Both the position numbers and the translations under genes were made by a program. The notes below the pieces were generated by a model. The model did not search any database and was not told where the DNA came from. It saw only the letters and a list, made by a program, of their open reading frames with translations. Below, piece after piece: positions 58,801-64,000 of a stretch of DNA of 64,000 nt. Location: NCBI GenBank assembly GCA_003649205.1, contig QMRC01000003.1:128001-192000 (forward strand), read 5' to 3'. The stretch's first letter is position 1, and every line of letters begins with the position of its first letter. This stretch comes from Thermoprotei archaeon. GTDB taxonomy: Archaea; Thermoproteota; Thermoprotei; Thermoproteales; B15-G16.

Positions 58801-59022
58801 ATACAGCCTCTCATACGCAAGCTCACGAGTTTCTGGACAACTACTGAGTTCATGTACTAAGTCACAGAACTTAACATCTACTCTCTCAGGTTCCTCACCT
58901 TCAGTAACGTAGGTACTGAAGCTGTACCCTAACTCCCTGAGAAAAGCCTCACTGCGAACTACATGCACTAAGTAGTCACCACAGTAAAGTTGCTCAATGA
59001 GGGAGATAAACGTTGAGGACAT
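55828..59022 (-). CDS. SF2 helicase, YprA/MrfA/Hrq1-like, with long C-terminal extension
   Basis: LYRHQ.EA, GTGSGKT, YPT.ALANDQ, ITNP, DELD, LTATLANP, GIDIG, QREGRKGRR. Confidence 0.85.
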   Translation of the reverse strand: MSSTFISLIEQLYCGDYLVHVVRSEAFLRELGYSFSTYVTEGEEPERVDVKFCDLVHELSSCPETRELAYERLYRHQWEALNYLEQGYNVILKSGTGSGKTEAWVMYFLRRAKEGGLRAIALYPTLALANDQIRRIERYARAVGIKVLQLDAPRRDELIKKLGSHGLRREVSTANLVITNPAYLLHEVKKLVLNPSRPYLYHFFRKLDLVVIDELDFYGPRSLALLLAMLRVISMFSEVKPQVVILTATLANPDDIGQYLREVTGRDYRVVEGKPFHVKNFTYVVLGKNLEGIWRKLSDLYSKLATRGDIDGEVLEALKDFEKFRRNPHRVLAYLSALGFEVPTLGIDLCEILQRYVEDDGVTLVFTRSIARAEDIARKLKSSLGDKGELVATHHHLVPKKVREEIEERARKGLVKVIVSPRTLTQGIDIGTVVRVVHVGLPEDVREFYQREGRKGRRRDIPFTETLIIPSSRWDWELLTKGSEVLEKWLKLPLEKTLVNPSNDYVKLFLALAKLLSPWMRVPLSDDEVKLLKDLGVLRGEKEINERLIKYIWERINFYEFGPPYGVKRYLSDGTEVKVLEPIGRCDLVERFQVGCIDVANLAMVTDLKLSKRGRSVTAVLEQPLNCINFYESDVLADAYEEYILVKREWGEEPNFLRDVVKGKITSQVHCVVYPPRMGFGLLRKLPNRVVWIITSEKPKIIQVQNRHVVTYSRRAIYVPSLCVGEYRDYTYGILVEVDEREDPVLLRLGLAYITIILRRVLGIPLETILYGVEKVGEKKFIELHEPEASGVLQLLDWSSIRKLVDSYVPDDLDLVLLSQVDEVAYSDFISLNCSWEVVREAAKRVIDYLELRHRLRAVLRGREITIPRPSRGLKLVTFDLLIHELPEERVRFPRYLVAIAYFDGDEVRTVVETCYGTTFVKPPEVLRLLEVELEEYVYYDGYRLLVPGRDVVARELEVVQLKRLVKLVKEHGVDVYEHLRNAGIEPTSVPTIIEELKVPELELSLEPSIETVHSVLTKLTQERRSELTRNERELVERYLANRVKALYVLYLLADSLLSSKQSG

Positions 59023-59761
59023 GAGAGAAACCTACTAACATCCTGATCTCAGTAATCACATCACTAGACCTCTCAACATAACCAACTGGTAAGTTAACGA
59101 AGTTACCACCTGAAGTAATGAGTAGATTCAGGAATGTCAAGTTCAGAGCTGATGCTAGCGGATTATTACTCAAAGAAAAACCAACAATATTACCCCACAG
59201 AACACGTCTACATCGAAACATCGTGAAATCTCTCATCACGAGAACAAAGTACCTAGATACCACGTACCTCGTACAGTAGCTAGTGACCAACCTGTACCCC
59301 GCATAGAGGAGACCAACAGTAAATAGCATCAGGAGGAAGATGTTGAATACAGTGAGTAAGGTAGTGAGTACTAGAGCTAGTAGCGTGAGCACAATAACTA
59401 AGTAGGGTAAGCACCTAGGCTTAATCACTATGATAGGTTCCACACCCCTTAGGTAAGGTATCGTAGTAGCGAGAACAGACCTAAAGCTCCTAAACATCTC
59501 GAGTGCTAACCTACCTAGCGGTGTAAGCCTATAACCACCACTATGAGGATCCCTATCAATGAGCATCCTCATCCTAGATAGGTGATAGTTAAGCGTACTA
59601 CTATCACGAATACCACACCTCCTAAGTAATTCACCTGGTGACACGCACCCACCATCAGCAATAACCTCCAGTATCTTCCTCCTCTGAGAACTACCTAGAG
59701 CAGAGAACACGTAATCCATTAAGTCATCTAACTTCACATACTCATCACTACGAGTAGACAT
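58994..59761 (-). CDS. ArsR-type winged-helix protein fused to TM hairpin and C-terminal soluble domain
   Basis: FSAL....RRKIL, SSTLNYHL..M, YRLTPLG, then two TM helices. Confidence 0.75.
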   Translation of the reverse strand: MSTRSDEYVKLDDLMDYVFSALGSSQRRKILEVIADGGCVSPGELLRRCGIRDSSTLNYHLSRMRMLIDRDPHSGGYRLTPLGRLALEMFRSFRSVLATTIPYLRGVEPIIVIKPRCLPYLVIVLTLLALVLTTLLTVFNIFLLMLFTVGLLYAGYRLVTSYCTRYVVSRYFVLVMRDFTMFRCRRVLWGNIVGFSLSNNPLASALNLTFLNLLITSGGNFVNLPVGYVERSSDVITEIRMLVGFSHVLNVYLPH

Positions 59762-60437
59762 ACCGGCACCTACGCCTCCACAGTACGTCGATTACAAAGA
59801 GAGCTATAGCCACTACTGAAGTAACTGCAAGTGAGCTTACAAACATCACCAGGTCACGTGGAGTAGCACCAACGTTCACATCAACGTTCATACTCAAGAC
59901 ACATACCTCCCTAGGTACCTTAGGTTTTGGCTCAAAGTCCTCAATATACACTACAATGTATGAGCTATTGCTGATCAGTACCCTTAAGGTAGCTACATTA
60001 CCATTGAAGTAACTACGACCAATGAGGTAACTAAGTAGCTTTCTGTAAAGGATCTTAGCTTCTTCACCACTCACAACACCTTCCCCTTCCCTCAATTGAG
60101 TTACATTGAAGAATTTCAACGCAACGTCTGAGGGAAGCAATGCTATGAACCCACTAACATTTGGTCTCCACCACCTAAATCCCTCAGGAGATCGACACCC
60201 TACACCAATCCCAACTCTAACCTCTACCAATCGTGAGAGGTATTTAGGTACATCAATGTATTGTACACCACATACTAGAATAGGAGGTAGTTTGTACCTA
60301 CTCAGGTTTATGCTAGTTCCTGTCGATATGTGCATTGGGTATGGAGGTATGAAGTAACCGAAGTACTGCGGAACATAGGTTATAGCTATGATCGCTGTTA
60401 TTACTAAGAGTATACAGGACAAAGCCTTCAACATCAC
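59748..60437 (-). CDS. Membrane-anchored hypothetical protein
   Basis: N- and C-terminal hydrophobic helices; coupled to neighbours by overlap. Confidence 0.65.
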   Translation of the reverse strand: MMLKALSCILLVITAIIAITYVPQYFGYFIPPYPMHISTGTSINLSRYKLPPILVCGVQYIDVPKYLSRLVEVRVGIGVGCRSPEGFRWWRPNVSGFIALLPSDVALKFFNVTQLREGEGVVSGEEAKILYRKLLSYLIGRSYFNGNVATLRVLISNSSYIVVYIEDFEPKPKVPREVCVLSMNVDVNVGATPRDLVMFVSSLAVTSVVAIALFVIDVLWRRRCRYVYS

Positions 60438-61339
60438 TTAACCACCTCCAATCTCCTAGCAACTAGGTACAGAGCAGATAGCACAAGTAAAGTAAGCAAG
60501 ATCATGGGTACAATGATGAAGAGGTTACTAGCTGCAGTACTCATGGGTATTGATATGCATGCAAGTCCTCTACACCTAACACCACTAAACTTCAGACCTA
60601 GTACGTTACATAGTACGTAGTAAGCTAGTGCCTCATCTATGGGGAGTGCTGATGTCGAGATAGTTAGCTTGAGATCTACTTCAGGTAATGCCGTAGTGTA
60701 GAGAGCCCACACGTACCTCGAAACTACGTAGTGAAGTAGGCATACTCCAAGGGCTGTGTACTTCCTTAAACTTTCACGTTGTTCACTCAGTAACATCATG
60801 ATGATTAGTGATAGCGATGTGTAGAGCAGTGCTTCCACTATGATCACTGTGTACTTGATAGCTATGTAGTTCAGTACCATCACCATGTAGTTACCGAGCA
60901 CTAACCAGAATGGAGTCACTACTGCGCACACGTACGCTATGGTGTACGTAATCAGTACGTCTAGATAGGTTGTGACTCCAATGAACCTTCTCGTGTACGG
61001 TAGTGAGAGTAGGAGTGCTCTTAAGTCATTTACCTCACCTGTTGTTGTTACGTAGGTCTCAGCTATGTACCATGAGTAAACCATCACGAGCATTGGCGTC
61101 ATGACGTCTACGAGTATGTACTTAAGAGCATCCACTACAGGCTGTGTTGAGAATATCGATGTCACTGTGTAGAGGGGGACAGCTACCGTGAATACAGCAA
61201 GAGCAAGACCGAGGATTATGAGATCTCCCGTACATACAGTGTTCCTGAACACAACTACGTAGATCATCTGCTTCAGGTACTGTCTAAGTGAGGTCCTCAT
61301 AGACATACTAACCACCAACTGCTCTAACATATAGCTCAC
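60434..61339 (-). CDS. ABC-2-type exporter permease (putative)
   Basis: About 6 TM; LLLSLPYTR motif; directly after the ATPase. Confidence 0.7.
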   Translation of the reverse strand: MSYMLEQLVVSMSMRTSLRQYLKQMIYVVVFRNTVCTGDLIILGLALAVFTVAVPLYTVTSIFSTQPVVDALKYILVDVMTPMLVMVYSWYIAETYVTTTGEVNDLRALLLSLPYTRRFIGVTTYLDVLITYTIAYVCAVVTPFWLVLGNYMVMVLNYIAIKYTVIIVEALLYTSLSLIIMMLLSEQRESLRKYTALGVCLLHYVVSRYVWALYTTALPEVDLKLTISTSALPIDEALAYYVLCNVLGLKFSGVRCRGLACISIPMSTAASNLFIIVPMILLTLLVLSALYLVARRLEVVK

Positions 61340-62249
61340 TAAGGTTGTGGAACAGGTACGTTATCTTCCTAATACCGAATTCACGTAGCTTACTCACGAC
61401 CTGATCCAAGTACCTAGGATCAACAATGAACGTGATACCCTCTCTATCCACAACCGTACCAGATACTCCCTGTAACCTACCTACCTCATCACACAACTTC
61501 CTCACATCTAGATCACGTGTAACAGCTACACACACCCTAACACTCAACCCCAATCTTCTACACACATCCACTACACTACCGCTACACATAGCAAGACCTC
61601 TACATAGAACAACAACGTAGTTACAGATGTACTCAAGTTCAGGTAGTATGTGACTAGCAATCAGGACATCCACACCGAAATCCTCGTGAAGTTCCCTAAG
61701 GTACCTCAAGATCTTGATCCTCATACCTGGATCAACGTGAGTAAGAGGCTCATCGAGAATTAGTACCTGTGGCGAACCCATGAGAGTACAGGCAAGAGAA
61801 ATCCTCTGAATAACACCACGTGAGAGAGTAGATATCCTAGCACCTAAGTACTTCTCCAACTCAAGTAACTGAACAACATTCCTAACTTCACCCTCCCTAA
61901 CACCCCTCAACCTAGCATAGAACCTAAGTACCTCCCAACAAGTAGCCTTAAGTGGAAAAACAGGAACCTCAGGTAGATAACCAAGATACCTCCTCAGCAC
62001 ATATCCTTCCTCCCAAGGATCATAGTCGAGAACACGAACAGTACCAAAATCAGGCCTCAATTGACCAACGAGAATCCTCAGCAAAGTAGTCTTACCAACA
62101 CCATTAGGACCAATAATACCGACGATCACACCCCTAGGCACAGAAAAGGTTACACCACGAAGAGCTTGCACCGAACCGAAGGACTTACACACATTCCTCA
62201 CATCAATAAAATTTCCCAACCACACCACCTCACATAGAAGGAAACTCAA
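61308..62249 (-). CDS. ABC exporter ATP-binding protein
   Basis: GPNGVGKTT, GYLPE, LSRG, ILDEP, ASH. Confidence 0.92.
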   Translation of the reverse strand: MSFLLCEVVWLGNFIDVRNVCKSFGSVQALRGVTFSVPRGVIVGIIGPNGVGKTTLLRILVGQLRPDFGTVRVLDYDPWEEGYVLRRYLGYLPEVPVFPLKATCWEVLRFYARLRGVREGEVRNVVQLLELEKYLGARISTLSRGVIQRISLACTLMGSPQVLILDEPLTHVDPGMRIKILRYLRELHEDFGVDVLIASHILPELEYICNYVVVLCRGLAMCSGSVVDVCRRLGLSVRVCVAVTRDLDVRKLCDEVGRLQGVSGTVVDREGITFIVDPRYLDQVVSKLREFGIRKITYLFHNLSELYVRAVGG

Positions 62250-62334
62250 CTAAGTAAAATCCTCCTTAAAAAGAATAACTACTGAGGATAACTGGAGAGA
62301 AATCCACAAATACCTACCCCAAGGAAGATACCAC

Positions 62335-63201
62335 GTGAGCACCCTAATCAAAAACCTCCAAGGCCTACTAGTCTACATAGCCGTGGCATATACCATAGCA
62401 TACCTCATGGACATCCCTGTAATTCTCAAGATAGTGGAGATGAAGTACGTACCCCTCATCCTCGCAGCTAGAATGTACGCACCATTCCTAGCAGTTATAA
62501 CAGTGATCGTACTCACTAGGAAACCAATCCTTAGAGAATTAAAGGAGTTAGGTATTCGGTTAAGCACGAAGAATCTGAAGTACTTCTTCATAGGTGCTGG
62601 AGTGCCTTACGCCGTATATGCACTAGGTACACTCTATGCGTACCTACTTGGATTTAGAGTAGTGAATCCAATAGCTGAGCTACCTCTAGCTAAGATGTTC
62701 GGTCCTATCACCGTACTCATAACTACACTAGTTGGAACATATGTAGCCGCCATAACGATCAATACAGCTTTTGCACTTGGTGAAGAAATTGGATGGAGAG
62801 GGTATCTCTACATACTACTCAGACCTAAATTCGGAACTACTCTCTCATCGATCATCATTGGAACTATATGGGCACTATGGCACGCCCCCCTCATACTGTT
62901 CCTAGGTTACAACTACCCACATCACAGAGATATCGTGGGATTAGGTATGTTCATACTCATCTGCTCCGTATGGAGCTACATAATGCTGTACCTAAGAGAG
63001 GTTAGTGGTAGCGTTCTTCCAGCCGCTACTATGCATGGAGCTATAAATGCACTAGCTGGATTAATGAAGCTTACAGTGGACATAGAGGATGAGCTGTACT
63101 CAATGCCTGTCGGTATGTTGTCACTACTAGCCTCGCTAACCGTGGCTATAATCGTAGCTACAATACCTCGTACTAAGGTATTGACCTCCTCCTCAAAATG
63201 A
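62335..63201 (+). CDS. CPBP (CAAX/Abi) intramembrane metalloprotease
   Basis: GEEIGWRGY, WALWH, H..IN. Confidence 0.92.
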   Translation: MSTLIKNLQGLLVYIAVAYTIAYLMDIPVILKIVEMKYVPLILAARMYAPFLAVITVIVLTRKPILRELKELGIRLSTKNLKYFFIGAGVPYAVYALGTLYAYLLGFRVVNPIAELPLAKMFGPITVLITTLVGTYVAAITINTAFALGEEIGWRGYLYILLRPKFGTTLSSIIIGTIWALWHAPLILFLGYNYPHHRDIVGLGMFILICSVWSYIMLYLREVSGSVLPAATMHGAINALAGLMKLTVDIEDELYSMPVGMLSLLASLTVAIIVATIPRTKVLTSSSK

Positions 63202-63558
63202 GTAGTACAAATGTAAAGAAATATTACGAGTAGTGGTATGTGTAATACTGCTCCTCCCTAAAAGGCTCTGCACATCAACACTCTGGGTACTCAAATTGTG
63301 AAAGAACACTCATTACAGCAAATTAAAGTCCTAGAAAGGTGGTTAACCTCAGAACATTAATCCTCGGATAGTGAAGAAGCATTATGGTCAATACGACAGG
63401 TGTTGACAAGCAGTAAGCTGCACCGAAGTAACCAGCTATCAAGTGTCTAAGTAGGTAAGTGAGGTCAGGTCTAGGTCCTGAAGGTGGTCAAAATGCTAGC
63501 GTAGTAAATGGCATTAACCACAGTAAACCTCGATTGAGAATCCCTGTAAAGTCATCTC

Positions 63559-63837
63559 TTAGCAATGCACTCTCAAATCCACGACGTAGCGACTAAGAGA
63601 GCTAGACCTGATTACCCATATGATCATCATCCCGTACCTCTCACTAATACCTATGCTCTGACCAATAGCTATCACGAGATATGGCACGGCACAGAGAACG
63701 ATGAACATAGTAGCTAACTTATGTCTCAACATTACGAGGAGGATAGCTAGGAGAGACACTACGTGGATAATTAATGCCAGCCAAAGTAGCTCAACCATTG
63801 TATTTATCATTGCGTTCCTAAGTCCTTCAAGTATCAC
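63559..63837 (-). CDS. Possible small membrane protein or gene remnant
   Basis: Hydrophobic 92 aa ORF; flanks contain short broken hydrophobic frames. Confidence 0.35.
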   Translation of the reverse strand: MILEGLRNAMINTMVELLWLALIIHVVSLLAILLVMLRHKLATMFIVLCAVPYLVIAIGQSIGISERYGMMIIWVIRSSSLSRYVVDLRVHC

Positions 63838-64000
63838 TGAGTAGGTCCCTGCAGATGATGAGTATTCTCTTAGTGCATAAGTGGTAGTAGGAGGAGTTCA
63901 ATGAGTAGCAGTACTAGAACTACTTGCTTACCAGGTAGTCTATTACCTCTTCAAACGAGGTACTACCCATGTAGTAGGGTGAATAATGGACCTGAAGTTA

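Noticed and set aside
1714-62591. Many 60-135 aa ORFs antisense to or nested in long genes
   Set aside because: Shadow frames of well-supported genes, with no recognisable motifs.
63370-63482. Possible C/D sRNA; contains AACCAGCTATC, identical to the 47440 guide
   Set aside because: No correctly spaced C/D'/C'/D boxes around it; an 11-mer match can be chance.
1-64000. CRISPR arrays, IS elements, integrases, rRNA genes
   Set aside because: No regularly spaced direct repeats and no transposase, integrase or rRNA signatures were found.

Overview
Archaeal chromosomal DNA, most likely a thermophilic Thermoproteota (crenarchaeote). This rests on rpl38e, tiaS, tsr3, an aCPSF2-type beta-CASP nuclease, an archaeal RNase P RNA, C/D-box sRNAs, and BRE/TATA and GGTG-type SD signals. 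Positions 1-35428 form one spacer-less inverted repeat (x mirrors 35429-x) whose axis lies inside the self-complementary 3' end of tRNA-His(GUG). Every gene in 1-17.7 kb is therefore present twice. This is most likely a fold-back read or assembly artefact, but a hairpin end cannot be excluded from sequence alone. The duplicated block holds a CUT1 ABC importer with a glycerophosphodiesterase-like gene and an Fe-ADH, glmS plus a nucleotidyltransferase, and an MTA/SAH-deaminase-like amidohydrolase. The unique part (35.4-64 kb) is rich in RNA and nucleotide metabolism. The best candidate for a poorly described system is a three-gene operon: a soluble MtrA-like corrinoid domain fused to a ThyA thymidylate synthase domain, then the ac4C writer TmcA, then an ASCH protein, next to a nucleobase permease. 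Four C/D-box sRNA candidates, one K-turn/H-ACA-like RNA and several enzymes with degenerate active sites were also read from the sequence. No CRISPR array, transposase or integrase was seen. All family calls come from motif recognition, not database searches.
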